A stretch of 64,000 bases of DNA from a bacterium (GCA_030647355.1 JAUSIS010000004.1:4066-68065), one strand, 5' to 3'. Positions 36,075-47,256 are shown, numbered from the stretch's first letter. Made by a program: numbers and translations. Notes: generated by a model from the letters alone, not told the origin.

Positions 36075-37107
36075 CTTACGTGAAGCACCCTCCCTAAAGC
36101 ATCTGCAGGCACTAACAACTCGCAAGGGATTATATCAACATTGCCGGTTTAACGAGCCCGATAAGAAATTCGGTTACTCAATTGATGACAATGCTAGAGC
36201 CATCTTAGTTGCTTATCAATACTATGAACGATTTAGAAATCCTGAAGTTTTAGATATGGCGCAAATCTATTTGAATTATATATCACGAGCGCAAACTCCA
36301 TCTGGATTCTTTCATAATTTTGCCAGTTCATCGGGAAAATTTATTGATGTGCTGGGTTCGCAAGATTCGCAAGGGAGAACGATTTGGGCATTAGGGTATA
36401 TAATCAGCAGACAGAATGTCAACCCGGAGCTAGCTAAGAAAGCATTAAAAATATTGGGCAACTTCCGATTCGATTTGCGAATGGCTCGCCATGATCGAAC
36501 GAAAGCATTTGCATTGCTTGGATATTGTTATATCGGTGATAGGGAAAAAGTTAAAAGAATTGCCGATAAATTGGTAGAAAAATTTAAGTCACAAGAAACT
36601 AATAGCTGGAATTGGTTTGAAGATTATTTAACCTATTCGAACGCTATTTTACCTTATTCGCTTTTGATGGCTTTCGAATTATCGGGCATAGAGACTTATA
36701 AAAAGGTTGCACTTAAGAGTCTGAAGTTTTTACATCAAAAATGCATTGTCAAAGGAATTCCTGCGCCTATTGGTCAAGACGGTTGGTATAGGAAAGGAAA
36801 GAAGAAAGCAATCTACGATCAGCAAGTTGTAGATGTGGCGGATATGATTTTGGCACATACAAAGGCATTTGAGTTGACAGGAGAGCAAGTATATTTACAT
36901 TGGGCTCAAATGTGGTGGTCGTGGTTTGGTGGGAATAACTTAAATGACATGTCGCTGATCGATCCCGAGACGCATGGTTGTTATGATGGATTGACTCATA
37001 ATGGTATTAATTTAAACCAAGGCGCTGAATCAATCGTCTGTTATTTGCTCTCTTATCTAGCAATGTCAAAAGTTAATACAAATCTCGAAATCCAAACCTC
37101 AAAATAA
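36058..37107 (+). CDS. Six-hairpin glycosidase-like protein (often fused to GT4)
   Basis: GYSIDDNARA, FHNF, WFEDYLTYSNA, DQQ, CYDGL, NQGAES. Confidence 0.75.
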   Translation: MATKVNLREAPSLKHLQALTTRKGLYQHCRFNEPDKKFGYSIDDNARAILVAYQYYERFRNPEVLDMAQIYLNYISRAQTPSGFFHNFASSSGKFIDVLGSQDSQGRTIWALGYIISRQNVNPELAKKALKILGNFRFDLRMARHDRTKAFALLGYCYIGDREKVKRIADKLVEKFKSQETNSWNWFEDYLTYSNAILPYSLLMAFELSGIETYKKVALKSLKFLHQKCIVKGIPAPIGQDGWYRKGKKKAIYDQQVVDVADMILAHTKAFELTGEQVYLHWAQMWWSWFGGNNLNDMSLIDPETHGCYDGLTHNGINLNQGAESIVCYLLSYLAMSKVNTNLEIQTSK

Positions 37108-37221
37108 CAATGAAAAATTAAAATCTAAATTCTAATCTAATAAATACAAATAACAAAAAATTCAGAATTTTGTTTCTATCAAATGGAGTGGTAAGATTAG
37201 GGTAAATTCATGGGAGGATGA

Positions 37222-38202
37222 GTGAAAAAATATAAAATTGGTGTAATCGGACATGGTGGATTTGGGCGATTCTGTATCCAGAACTATAAAAAAATGGAAC
37301 AAGTTGAAATAGCAGCAGTGGCAGGGAAAGATGCGAGTGAGGTAGAGAAATTTGCCATAGAATTTGAGATTCCTTTCTGGACAGCCGATTACAAAGATAT
37401 TTTAAAGCAAAAGAATATAGATATAGTGGCTATTTTTACTCCACCATTTCTTCACTTTGAGATGGCTTGTGAGTGTGCAAGAGCGGGCAAGGCATTTCTG
37501 GTTGAAAAACCGTTGGCATTATCTCTTAAGGAGGCAGGCACTATAATTGAACTGGCTAAGCAACATAATGTACCAGCGACGATTGGTTATGTAATGCGTT
37601 ACTCATCTATTTACAGTAGAGTCAGGGAAATAATGAGAAGCGGAAAATTGGGCCGATTAAAGAGACTGCTGTTCGAAAACTATGCTAGCGGAGCGTTGCC
37701 AGATAGCCATTGGCTATTTGATCAAAATAAAAGCGGGGGCTTACTTGTGGAGCATGGTGTTCATTTTTTTGATATTTTTGGCTCAATTGTCGGAGAAAAC
37801 CCTCTGCAGGCAAAATCCTATACTCCATCACCACGCGAAACATTAGCAGTTATCGAATACCCTAATAAAATTATTGCCACTTTTTATCACTGCTTTGATA
37901 AGATCCCCTTACTTGAGAGAAATTATGCTCGTTTAGTATTTGAGAAAGGTTATATCGAGATCGAGGGATGGATACCGATGGCTTTAAAGTGGGAGCATGA
38001 AGATGAATCCGGTCAGATTGTGGTAAAGGAAGAAAAAATCCAAACGGAAAAAAATGAGGAATATGGAAAATTGGTTAGAGAAGTCTTAGCCGATCTATTA
38101 GAAAAAGTGGAAAATCCTTCTCATCAGACGAAAGTAACGCTAAAGGACGGTTTTGATAGTCTCGCGCTGGCAATAGAAGCGCGAGATCATCAAGTATTCT
38201 AA
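37222..38202 (+). CDS. Gfo/Idh/MocA oxidoreductase
   Basis: GVIGHGGFG, TPPFLH, EKP, SGGLLVEHGVHFFD. Confidence 0.9.
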   Translation: MKKYKIGVIGHGGFGRFCIQNYKKMEQVEIAAVAGKDASEVEKFAIEFEIPFWTADYKDILKQKNIDIVAIFTPPFLHFEMACECARAGKAFLVEKPLALSLKEAGTIIELAKQHNVPATIGYVMRYSSIYSRVREIMRSGKLGRLKRLLFENYASGALPDSHWLFDQNKSGGLLVEHGVHFFDIFGSIVGENPLQAKSYTPSPRETLAVIEYPNKIIATFYHCFDKIPLLERNYARLVFEKGYIEIEGWIPMALKWEHEDESGQIVVKEEKIQTEKNEEYGKLVREVLADLLEKVENPSHQTKVTLKDGFDSLALAIEARDHQVF

Positions 38203-38246
38203 TTCATCCGGAATTATATTAAGATAGTAGTGGACGGGAGGGGCTA

Positions 38247-40718
38247 TTGTCTCATTATGGACATTTCTCAAAGACGGGCGATGAATATATAATAAATCGT
38301 CCCGATACTCCAAAGCCGTGGATAAATCTAATTACAAATGGAAAATATTGCGCCTTAGTTTCTCAAACAGGCGGAGGTTATTCTTTTGTCGGAGATGCCG
38401 GTTATAATCGTATTCTAAAAGAGCAGCCGGGCGAGGAGTTAATTTATGATCGCCCAGGCAGATATATTTATGTAAGGGATAATGAGACAAAAGAAATTTG
38501 GGGACTAACTTGGCAACCGAACCGAACCGATTATCAGTTTTTTGAAGCCCGACACGGTTTGGGATACACAAAAGTTAATTGTATAACCAATGGTATTGAT
38601 GGAAAAGTAACTTATTTTGTCCCGCTTGAAGATACTTGCGAAATCTGGATGACAAATATTAAAAATAAGAGTAATAAAAAACGCGATCTTTCGCTGTTTG
38701 TTTATGTGGAATGGAGCTTAGGAAATCATCATGCCAATCTAGCCGAAGCCAGTTTTAACGATTTGTTTAACGATTTGGAATATGAAGATGGGGCAATATT
38801 TGCTACTAAAAGACGTTGGGATCGCCCGGATATTAAAGTGGCGCCATGGGATAAAGTAGCTTTTTTGACAATTAATACTGAAGTTGACGGGTTTGATTGC
38901 TTTAAAGAGAAATTTACCGGAATGTATGGATCGCTTGATAAGCCGCTGGCAGTACAAGAAGGGAAATGTTCAGGAAGTAAGGGAGATGGGCATCATAGTG
39001 TGGGAGCCTTGCAGAAGAATGTCATTCTCAATCCAGGCGAGGAGCTAAGTTTTGATGTTATTTTGGGAACCGAGGAGAGGGAGAATTTTAATTTAGAGAA
39101 ACAGAAATGGTCTTTTAAAGAGCTGGGAATTGATAAGCACATTATTAAAAAATACAAAAAACATGAAGCAGTGGAAAGTGCGTTTGAAGAATTAACTACG
39201 TTTTGGCATAAATATATAAATCGAGTCACTGTTAAAACACCCGATCCTGATTTTAATACCTCTTTTAATTATTGGAATAAGTATCAAGCATGGATGACTG
39301 TTCAGTGGTCGCTGATGGATTCTTATTATGTTGGCGGTAGTGCCACTTTTGGATTTCGAGATATGAATCAGCATATCCTTGGCACATTACCAAATGATAT
39401 AGAATTATCAAAAGAACGTTTGGTGACACTGCTTAGTTACCAGTATAGCGAGGGTAAAACAGTACATAACTGGGATGCTCTTTTGAAGAAAGGGGTAATC
39501 ACTGATCATTCGGACGACACAATGTGGCTGGTGATGGCGGTAATAAATTATATTGAGGAAACGGGCGATATTGCCTTTTTGGAAGAGACCGTTTCGTATC
39601 ATGACGACGGGGAGGCGACTGTTTTCCAGCATATAGTAAGAGCAATTGAATTTACACTTACTCACTGTTCAAATCGGGGTATTCCTCATCGCAGAACTGC
39701 CGATTGGAATGATGCCTTAGATGGAGGGAAAGAGGGTAAAGGCGAATCCGCTATGGTGGCTAATCAGTTATGTTATAATTTGCGAAAGTTGTTTCCGATT
39801 CTGGAGAAAGCACATCAAGATGATTTAACTAAGAGATACCGAGCCGTCTATGAAAAGGTAAAAAGATCGCTTAACAAAGATTTCTGGGATGGTAAATGGT
39901 ATATCAGGGCAACATTAGATGATGGAAGTCCAATCGGAAGCCACTTGAATAGAGAAGCTAAAATAGATATAAATGGGCAAACTTGGCCAGTCATGTCTGG
40001 GGTAGCTGATTATAAGCGTGGTGTTCAAGTGATGGATTCTGTATGGAAATACCTCATGACAGATTATGGACCGACTATGTTCAGTCCGCCTTTCGACGAG
40101 CCATCAAAAGAATTTGGCATTATTTCGCAGTTTACTCCTGGAACTAAAGAAAATGGTGCAATATTCAACCATCCGGTTTCTTGGGCGGTAATTGCTGAGT
40201 GTATGTTGGGACGCGGCGATAAAGCATATGAAATTTGGCGAAGAACTTCTTTTATGACACGGGGTAAAAATCCGGAATTATATCGAGTTGAGCCATATGT
40301 TTACGCGGAATTTGTCTATGGGCCGCCGCATCCGGAACTTGGGAGAGGTTCTTTTACCTGGACCACTGGTTCGGCTTCTTGGTTTTGGAGGGCATGTTTA
40401 GACTATATCTGCGGCGTAAGACCAGTCTTAGACGGATTAATGATTGATCCATGCATACCTAAAGAATGGGGTGAATTAGAGGTAAAAAGAGCTTTCAGGG
40501 GTGGAGATTATTATATTAAAATAAAAAATCCATTAAAAGTTATGACGGGAGTAGGATCGATTAAGGCAGATGGAAAAGAGATTACAGGTAATATTATCCC
40601 CGACTTAGGAACCGGTCACCATATTATCGAAGTAGTCATGGGAAAAGATCATAAAAAGTCTATACAAGAATCTCATAAACAACAAAACGAAAGAATCAAA
40701 GTCAAAGATATTAGATAG
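38247..40718 (+). CDS. GH94 glycoside phosphorylase (cellobiose-phosphorylase-like)
   Basis: PDTPKPWIN, RHGLGYT, GFRD, DWNDAL, KENGAIFNH, TWTTGSASW. Confidence 0.92.
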   Translation: MSHYGHFSKTGDEYIINRPDTPKPWINLITNGKYCALVSQTGGGYSFVGDAGYNRILKEQPGEELIYDRPGRYIYVRDNETKEIWGLTWQPNRTDYQFFEARHGLGYTKVNCITNGIDGKVTYFVPLEDTCEIWMTNIKNKSNKKRDLSLFVYVEWSLGNHHANLAEASFNDLFNDLEYEDGAIFATKRRWDRPDIKVAPWDKVAFLTINTEVDGFDCFKEKFTGMYGSLDKPLAVQEGKCSGSKGDGHHSVGALQKNVILNPGEELSFDVILGTEERENFNLEKQKWSFKELGIDKHIIKKYKKHEAVESAFEELTTFWHKYINRVTVKTPDPDFNTSFNYWNKYQAWMTVQWSLMDSYYVGGSATFGFRDMNQHILGTLPNDIELSKERLVTLLSYQYSEGKTVHNWDALLKKGVITDHSDDTMWLVMAVINYIEETGDIAFLEETVSYHDDGEATVFQHIVRAIEFTLTHCSNRGIPHRRTADWNDALDGGKEGKGESAMVANQLCYNLRKLFPILEKAHQDDLTKRYRAVYEKVKRSLNKDFWDGKWYIRATLDDGSPIGSHLNREAKIDINGQTWPVMSGVADYKRGVQVMDSVWKYLMTDYGPTMFSPPFDEPSKEFGIISQFTPGTKENGAIFNHPVSWAVIAECMLGRGDKAYEIWRRTSFMTRGKNPELYRVEPYVYAEFVYGPPHPELGRGSFTWTTGSASWFWRACLDYICGVRPVLDGLMIDPCIPKEWGELEVKRAFRGGDYYIKIKNPLKVMTGVGSIKADGKEITGNIIPDLGTGHHIIEVVMGKDHKKSIQESHKQQNERIKVKDIR

Positions 40719-40735
40719 ATCTGCTTGACTGGCTA

Positions 40736-41731
40736 GTGGAGAACAACTATTATCTAGTGGGAGTGCCAGTGATGCAGTTATTCAAGCGATTTGAAAAAAA
40801 TCCAATTCTCGAGCCAACAAGTAATCCTTGGGAATCAAAAGCTGTTTTTAATGCTGCGGCTGCTAAAGTCGGTAGTGAAATAAAGTTGCTCTATAGAGCT
40901 GTCGGCGATGATAATATATCCAGGATCGGAATAGCAACAAGCTATGATGGTTATACTTTTTCTCGGCAGGATCAGCCGATACTCGAGGGACAAGCCAATA
41001 ATCCCTATGAAACACGAGGGATTGAAGATCCTCGAATTACTTTTTTGGACGGTTATTATAATATTCTATATGTAGCGGCATCATTGTACCCCGAGGGACA
41101 TCCGAAACCAGTTTGGGCATATGATGCACCTTGGAGAGTTCGGATTGCTCTAGCAAGAACAAAAGATTTTGTCAATTTTGAGCGGGACGGAGTGGTAATT
41201 AAAGATCGGGATAGTAAAGATCCGGCTCTTTTTGGTGAACGCATTGCAGATAAACTATACCTTATTCATAGAATTTACCCTTCCGTTTGGCTAAGTGTCG
41301 GCAGAGAGTGGGGCGTTTGGGAAAGTCACAAATGCATCTTAGAACCTCGCAAAGGGATGTGGGACGGCGAGCGTATCGGAGCCGGGCCGCCGCCCATTAA
41401 AACAAAAGAGGGTTGGCTCCTTATTTATCATGGTAAGGATCGTGAAGGAGTTTATCGTAGCGGTGCGGCATTGTTGGATAGTAAGGATCCTAGTAGAGTA
41501 TTAGCACGAAGTAGCGAACCGTTTTTAGAGCCAGAGGCAGAACATGAAAAAGGTATAATAAGCGGGAATAAATCGGTGGCTGTTTTTTCTTGCGGAGTAA
41601 TTTCCCAAGCAAGCGAACTCATAGTTTATTACGGCGCCGCCGATAGAGTGCTATGTGTAGGAACAATTAGTATTAACGAACTACTGGGAACATTAGAACC
41701 CGAGAAAGTTTCTAAAGGGGTTCAAATATGA
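40736..41731 (+). CDS. GH130 mannoside phosphorylase/glycosidase (start may be about 40769)
   Basis: VFNAAA, LLYRA, GIEDPRI, KD.ALF, IHR, WLLIYHG, YYGAAD. Confidence 0.88.
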   Translation: MENNYYLVGVPVMQLFKRFEKNPILEPTSNPWESKAVFNAAAAKVGSEIKLLYRAVGDDNISRIGIATSYDGYTFSRQDQPILEGQANNPYETRGIEDPRITFLDGYYNILYVAASLYPEGHPKPVWAYDAPWRVRIALARTKDFVNFERDGVVIKDRDSKDPALFGERIADKLYLIHRIYPSVWLSVGREWGVWESHKCILEPRKGMWDGERIGAGPPPIKTKEGWLLIYHGKDREGVYRSGAALLDSKDPSRVLARSSEPFLEPEAEHEKGIISGNKSVAVFSCGVISQASELIVYYGAADRVLCVGTISINELLGTLEPEKVSKGVQI

Positions 41732-42564
41732 ATTATTATTTAGGTCTAGACTTAGGGGGAACTCAAATCAGAGGCGGGATTGTTGATGATGATGGTAATA
41801 TAGTCCTCGAGAAAGCAATACCCACCAAATTATCAACAAGTAGTATTGTTGATCGGTTATTTGATCTAATAAGAGAGTTAATTAGTGAATATCAAGTAAA
41901 GGCGATTGGGATTGGGGTGCCGGGTCCGATTGATTTTGGTGCCGGTTTAATACTCAACCCGCCAAATCTGCCTGAATTGAACAATGTTCCTCTAAAACAA
42001 AAGATAGACCAAGAATTTAATTTACCTGTTGCTATGGATCGGGACGCCAATTGCGCTTTGATCGGTGAACATTGGGTCGGAATTGCCAAAGGGATGCAGA
42101 ATATAGCTCTCATTACTTGGGGTACCGGTGTAGGCGGAGCAGTTATTATTGATAACAAAATCTATCGCGGACACAGCGGGTTGGCAGATGAGATAGGGCA
42201 CATGATTATTGATAAAGATGGACCAGAATGTTCGCTAGGGCATCGGGGGTGCTTGGAAACATTCATCGGAGGAGCGAACGTTCAGCTAAGATATGGCAAA
42301 TCGCTGGAAGAAATTACTGCCGGAGGAAGAGAAGGGCAGGAAAGAGACAGGGAGATAGTCAGGGAAATCGGCGAGTATTTGAAGATAGGATTGATGAATA
42401 TTGTTACCTTATATGATCCGGAATTGATTATCATTGATGGGGGTGCAGCTCAAAGTTTGGATGTATTTCTGCTAGAGATTGGTGATTTGCCTGTGCGTGT
42501 AAGTCCATTGGCAAAGGAGGCGGGAATTTTGGGGGCGGCGAGATTGGTAAGTGAACTTATATAG
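41728..42564 (+). CDS. ROK family sugar kinase
   Basis: DLGGT, GVPGP, DANCA, GTGVGG, EIGH, C.LGHRGCLE. Confidence 0.92.
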   Translation: MNYYLGLDLGGTQIRGGIVDDDGNIVLEKAIPTKLSTSSIVDRLFDLIRELISEYQVKAIGIGVPGPIDFGAGLILNPPNLPELNNVPLKQKIDQEFNLPVAMDRDANCALIGEHWVGIAKGMQNIALITWGTGVGGAVIIDNKIYRGHSGLADEIGHMIIDKDGPECSLGHRGCLETFIGGANVQLRYGKSLEEITAGGREGQERDREIVREIGEYLKIGLMNIVTLYDPELIIIDGGAAQSLDVFLLEIGDLPVRVSPLAKEAGILGAARLVSELI

Positions 42565-42572
42565 GAGGGATC

Positions 42573-43022
42573 GTGAGAAAAAATATTATGGTTCGACTGA
42601 TATTAAGTTTCAATATCTTAGGAGTAATCCTTTTCTTATTACCACAACTTATTGTAACCGCTGGTATGATTTATATGGGGAGTGCGCTTGAATTGGGAAT
42701 GAGGGAGACTGTGGGATTACTAGGATATATGTATAAAGCATTGCCCGTTAATATCTTGATAGCAGGATTGTTGATATTTGCTATATCTATTGTTGGTATA
42801 TTTGGAACGTTTAAGGATAAAAAATGGGGCAAATTATTACTGGCAATCTCAACTATCATCTATCTAGTTAATGTAATGGGTGATTTCATGCAAGCCGATG
42901 TGGCAAATAAATTAGCTGGCCTTATTATTAATCCAATTATTCTGTTAATGATATATTGGCTTGTTGGTAAAGCAAAGTTATTCCAGATTGCCCCAACCAT
43001 CTCGCTTAATAGTAAGGAATAA
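42573..43022 (+). CDS. Hypothetical membrane protein
   Basis: Four hydrophobic helices, GGAGG RBS. Confidence 0.7.
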   Translation: MRKNIMVRLILSFNILGVILFLLPQLIVTAGMIYMGSALELGMRETVGLLGYMYKALPVNILIAGLLIFAISIVGIFGTFKDKKWGKLLLAISTIIYLVNVMGDFMQADVANKLAGLIINPIILLMIYWLVGKAKLFQIAPTISLNSKE

Positions 43023-43024
43023 TA

Positions 43025-43591
43025 ATGATTGGATATTTGAGAGGGAAAGTTAAATATCAAGGAGTCGGGTGGATTATTTTAGATGTGCATGATTTTGGAT
43101 ATAAAATTTTTACAAATTCAAAAGCAGAAATCGGTGATGAGATAGAGTTGTTAATACACCACTTGGTTAGAGAGGATGCGAGTGATTTGTATGGTTTTAG
43201 TGATATTGGTGAATTGGGACTTTTTGAGCAACTTTTGACAGTTTCCGGAGTCGGACCGAAGATGGGCTTGGCAATTTTGAGTATTGGTTCTGTTGAAAAG
43301 ATTAGACAGGCAATTATTAAAGGTGATACTACGCTTTTTACAAGTGTTTCGGGAATTGGTAAAAAAGTGGCGGCAAAAATTATAGTGGAATTAAAAAATA
43401 AAATGGGGTCTTCAGATGGATCGTATTTACCACAAGATAACAGCGAGGACTCAGATTTGATAGCGGCTTTGGAACAATTGGGATATAAGCAAATGGAGAT
43501 TTTTGAAGTGCTAAAAAATATACCCTCTGAATTGTCCGGTACCAAGACTAAGTTGACTTGGGCGCTTCAGAGGATGAAAAAAGTGAAGTGA
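43025..43591 (+). CDS. ruvA: Holliday junction branch migration protein RuvA
   Basis: MIGYLRG, VRED..LYGF, VSGVGPK, SGIGKKVA. Confidence 0.95.
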   Translation: MIGYLRGKVKYQGVGWIILDVHDFGYKIFTNSKAEIGDEIELLIHHLVREDASDLYGFSDIGELGLFEQLLTVSGVGPKMGLAILSIGSVEKIRQAIIKGDTTLFTSVSGIGKKVAAKIIVELKNKMGSSDGSYLPQDNSEDSDLIAALEQLGYKQMEIFEVLKNIPSELSGTKTKLTWALQRMKKVK

Positions 43592-44450
43592 GAGAGATAT
43601 TCTTTTGAATTTTATTATCCAGTAGTAAAATGAGCCAAGCTAAAAATATAGTTGTTATAAGAAAAAGGGGGATTTCCCAAGAATTTTGAAGGGGAAATAG
43701 TTTCAATAGCGGGAAATGGATTAAAAAAGCGGGAAAAGAAATCACCGCAAGGAAGGTAACAGGTTTATTAAATATGGAAAGCGAAAGCGATTGAATAAAA
43801 TTATATACCCTTTCAGTTTTTATCAACCAAAGCCCTAAGCTAAATTCGAAAAGACGGCAAAGAGGAAACCAATCGATTGGGCGATGGACGCTTAACCAGT
43901 ATTTACCAACATACCATCTGCTAAAAATACTAATAATCAATATTGCTAATAAAATAAAGTTTTTTTGCTTATCCATCATTTTAGAGACAAATGGGTAGAG
44001 TAAGTACAGAGCCATTATTAATCCGATAAACCATGTCACAGGGCTGATAAATATAGTTTCCCAATGCATACCACTTAGACCCTGTAGGCCTGTCGCATTG
44101 AAAAGATAGTTTTTCCAGGTGAAGCCGAGAGGATTACCGAGGTAAAGAGTAATCAGGATGGCGAAGATTAAAGTCATCCAATATATAGGATAGATTCTCT
44201 GGATTCTTTTCAACATAAACTCTCGGAAATCTACTTTTTTCTTAGCATAACTAAGCTCAATAGCCATACCGCTCAATATAAGGAACAAAGTGACGCCTAT
44301 TCCACCCCATGTTACATAATAAAATCCTTCAATACCAAAAAAACCTCCAAGAGGGCTGCCAAGTTTCTGGGCAATGTGAACAGCAATGATTAAGCCGACA
44401 GCGATTACCCGCATGATGTCCAGGATAATAATACGTTTAGTAGCCAGCAT
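43548..44450 (-). CDS. Acyltransferase-3 family protein
   Basis: LDIMRVIA..H, GVTLFLILSG, KRIQRIYPIYW, TWF. Confidence 0.88.
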   Translation of the reverse strand: MLATKRIIILDIMRVIAVGLIIAVHIAQKLGSPLGGFFGIEGFYYVTWGGIGVTLFLILSGMAIELSYAKKKVDFREFMLKRIQRIYPIYWMTLIFAILITLYLGNPLGFTWKNYLFNATGLQGLSGMHWETIFISPVTWFIGLIMALYLLYPFVSKMMDKQKNFILLAILIISIFSRWYVGKYWLSVHRPIDWFPLCRLFEFSLGLWLIKTERVYNFIQSLSLSIFNKPVTFLAVISFPAFLIHFPLLKLFPLQNSWEIPLFLITTIFLAWLILLLDNKIQKNISLTSLFSSSEAPKST

Positions 44451-44599
44451 TTTACTTCCTTTAATAAATGTTACCATCCAGCGACCGATCTGCCAACCGT
44501 TTAAAAATTTTTCCACCAGCTAGACGGCTGGAAGCAGTATAAAAGTCCACCGAGATCCCGGGTTTTTTTCTTGTATAAATTCAGGTATAATTCTGTCGT

Positions 44600-46630
44600 A
44601 TGTTAGACTTAGATATTTCAATTAGTGCTCTTCCCGGGGTCGGCCCAAAAATTAAAGAAAAGCTAGAAAGAGTCGGTTTACGGCAAATCAGCGACCTATT
44701 GTTTTATTTCCCCAGAAAATGGGAGGATTATCGAAATTTCACTCCAATTGCATGGTGCCGTAGGGACGAAGAGGTAACAATTAAAGGTATTATTATTAAA
44801 GTCGAAAAGGAGCGGACACGGCTTCGCAACATGATGATTGTTAAGGCAAGGGTGCAAGATGAAACTGGAGAAATCAACGCGGTGTGGTTCAACCAGGGAT
44901 TCATGGAACGGATGGTGAGAGCTAATCAGAAAGTTACTCTACATGGCAAGGTTGATTTTGATTGGAAAAACAAAGAACGAGTACTCGCCTCCCCTATTCT
45001 AGTAAAGGAAGAGAAGATCGTTCCGGTTTATAGCGAGGGAGCTGGAATTTCCAGTAAAATTTATGAGAAGATCATCAAATCGGCTTTGGCTGTTGCGGAT
45101 AATCTTGAAGAATGGCTGCCAGATGAAGTTAAGGAAGAACATGATTTAATTAATTTAGCAGAAGCTATCAAACAGATTCATCATCCCAGTTCTTTTGAGG
45201 CACTTAATGCGGCAAAATTACGGTTGGCATTTGATGAGTTATTTTTGATCGCCTTGTCTATGGCGGAAGCCAGAGCCGAGCTCAAAAAAGAAAAGGGATT
45301 ACCGGTGAAAATAGATGAAGAGTTATTGAAAAAGTTTACCTCAAAATTGCCCTATATATTAACCGATGCGCAAAGGAAAGCAACTTGGGAGATTATAAAA
45401 GATGTAGAAAGAGGACGACCGATGAATAGATTGGTCGAGGGCGATGTTGGGTCCGGAAAAACGGTTGTCGGTACTATGGCAGCTCTGGCGGTTATCAATA
45501 ATGGCTATCAAGTGGCTTGGATGGCACCGACCGAGATTCTAGCAAGACAGCACTATAAAAATGTCGCCGATATGCTAAACTTCTTTGGTATAAAAATTGC
45601 TTTGGTGACAGGCAATTTAAAGGAAGATTACACCGATGCAGATATGATAATTGGGACGCATGCATTAATCCAAGATAATATGGTATATAAAAATTTAGGA
45701 TTGGTAATAGTGGACGAACAGCACCGTTTTGGCGTCGCCCAAAGAAGCAAGTTGCGCAATAAACAACATGAAGACCGAATGCCTCATTTACTATCTATGA
45801 CGGCAACACCGATTCCCAGGACACTGGCTTTGGCATTGTACGGCGATCTGGAGATTTCAATAATAAATCAAATGCCGGAGGGACGGCAGAAGGTGAAAAC
45901 TCAAGTTGTGTCCCCGACCGATCGGCAGAAAGCGTATGATTTTATCAAAGCGGAAATTTTAAAAGGGAGACAGGCATTTGTGATTTGTCCGCTCATCGAA
46001 TCGAGCAATTCTAAAATACCGGATGGACAGATCGATCTATTTGAGGTGGAGAGGAAATCGGCAGTTAAAGAATTTGAGAAATTATCGAAAAATGTATTTC
46101 CAGACTTATCGATCGGGCTATTGCATGGGAGAATGAAAGCCAAAGAAAAAGAATTAATAATGAATGATTTTTCAAAAGGGAAGATTAATATTTTAGTGGC
46201 GACGGCGGTGGTGGAAGTGGGAATAGATATACCTAACGCCACCGTTATGATGATCGAAGGGGCTGAAAGATTCGGCTTGGCGCAACTACACCAATTTCGC
46301 GGCAGAGTAGGGCGGGGGAAGAGCCAAGCATATTGCTTGCTGTTTTCGGAAAGTTGGAGCGATACGACAAAACTCAGATTACAGGCGCTAGTAGAAAGCA
46401 ACGACGGTTTTGAATTGGCAGAGAGAGATCTCCAGCTTCGAGGACCGGGAGAATTAGCAGGAATCAGGCAATCAGGTTTGCCCGACTTGAAGATGGCTTC
46501 ATTAACCGATACAATATTAATTAAGAAAGCGCGGGTTTCGGCGGAAAGGTTGATCGCGCGAGGATTGAATCGCTATCCCCTACTTAATAAAAAACTTGAC
46601 GAATTTGAACATTCTCGCCATTTAGAATGA
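44600..46630 (+). CDS. recG: ATP-dependent DNA helicase RecG
   Basis: GDVGSGKT, DEQHRFG, MTATPIPRTL, QLHQFRGRVGRG, DL.LRGPGE. Confidence 0.97.
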   Translation: MLDLDISISALPGVGPKIKEKLERVGLRQISDLLFYFPRKWEDYRNFTPIAWCRRDEEVTIKGIIIKVEKERTRLRNMMIVKARVQDETGEINAVWFNQGFMERMVRANQKVTLHGKVDFDWKNKERVLASPILVKEEKIVPVYSEGAGISSKIYEKIIKSALAVADNLEEWLPDEVKEEHDLINLAEAIKQIHHPSSFEALNAAKLRLAFDELFLIALSMAEARAELKKEKGLPVKIDEELLKKFTSKLPYILTDAQRKATWEIIKDVERGRPMNRLVEGDVGSGKTVVGTMAALAVINNGYQVAWMAPTEILARQHYKNVADMLNFFGIKIALVTGNLKEDYTDADMIIGTHALIQDNMVYKNLGLVIVDEQHRFGVAQRSKLRNKQHEDRMPHLLSMTATPIPRTLALALYGDLEISIINQMPEGRQKVKTQVVSPTDRQKAYDFIKAEILKGRQAFVICPLIESSNSKIPDGQIDLFEVERKSAVKEFEKLSKNVFPDLSIGLLHGRMKAKEKELIMNDFSKGKINILVATAVVEVGIDIPNATVMMIEGAERFGLAQLHQFRGRVGRGKSQAYCLLFSESWSDTTKLRLQALVESNDGFELAERDLQLRGPGELAGIRQSGLPDLKMASLTDTILIKKARVSAERLIARGLNRYPLLNKKLDEFEHSRHLE

Positions 46631-46639
46631 GAGTTTGAA

Positions 46640-47116
46640 ATGAAGAAATTATTAGATAAATATCAGATCCATATTACAGTCGCGTTAATTCTATTTATCG
46701 CTATCGGCGGACTAGCTCTTTTGTACGAGCAACAAAGAGATAAGATTATCGGCGCTCAAAACACGCTGAAAGTCGAAAAGGAAGGTTGGCAGAGAGAAAA
46801 GGATGAGTTGAGTGAGCAAGTTAGCCAGCTAGAAACGCAAGTCAGTGAGATTCAGAAACAGAAAGCTTCCATAAGCGGAGGGACAGCTACTGGTGTATCA
46901 ACCAGCAATACAACTAGTACCACCGGTTTGATTGATATCAATACTGCCGATAAAACCGTGCTCGACACTTTACCGGGTATTGGCGAGACTAAGGCAGAAG
47001 CGATTATTGAGTACCGCAGCGGACATGGTTTATTTAAGAGAATCGAGGATTTAAAGCAAGTCAAAGGTATCGGTGATGCAACCTTTGAAAAGTTAAAAGA
47101 CAAGATAACAATATGA
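46640..47116 (+). CDS. comEA: ComEA-family helix-hairpin-helix DNA receptor
   Basis: TM and coiled coil, then IDINTAD..L.TLPGIGETKAEAII.YR..VKGIG. Confidence 0.88.
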   Translation: MKKLLDKYQIHITVALILFIAIGGLALLYEQQRDKIIGAQNTLKVEKEGWQREKDELSEQVSQLETQVSEIQKQKASISGGTATGVSTSNTTSTTGLIDINTADKTVLDTLPGIGETKAEAIIEYRSGHGLFKRIEDLKQVKGIGDATFEKLKDKITI

Positions 47117-47256
47117 TGGTAAGATAAAAATATGGAAATACGACTGAAAAAAATAAAGTCGCTTAAGACAGAAACCTTTTGTAATAACACTAAGCTAACG
47201 CCAATTAGAGTAAAACTTTTTAAATAACCCAGCCGTTCGAGTATGAGAGGTAAAAA

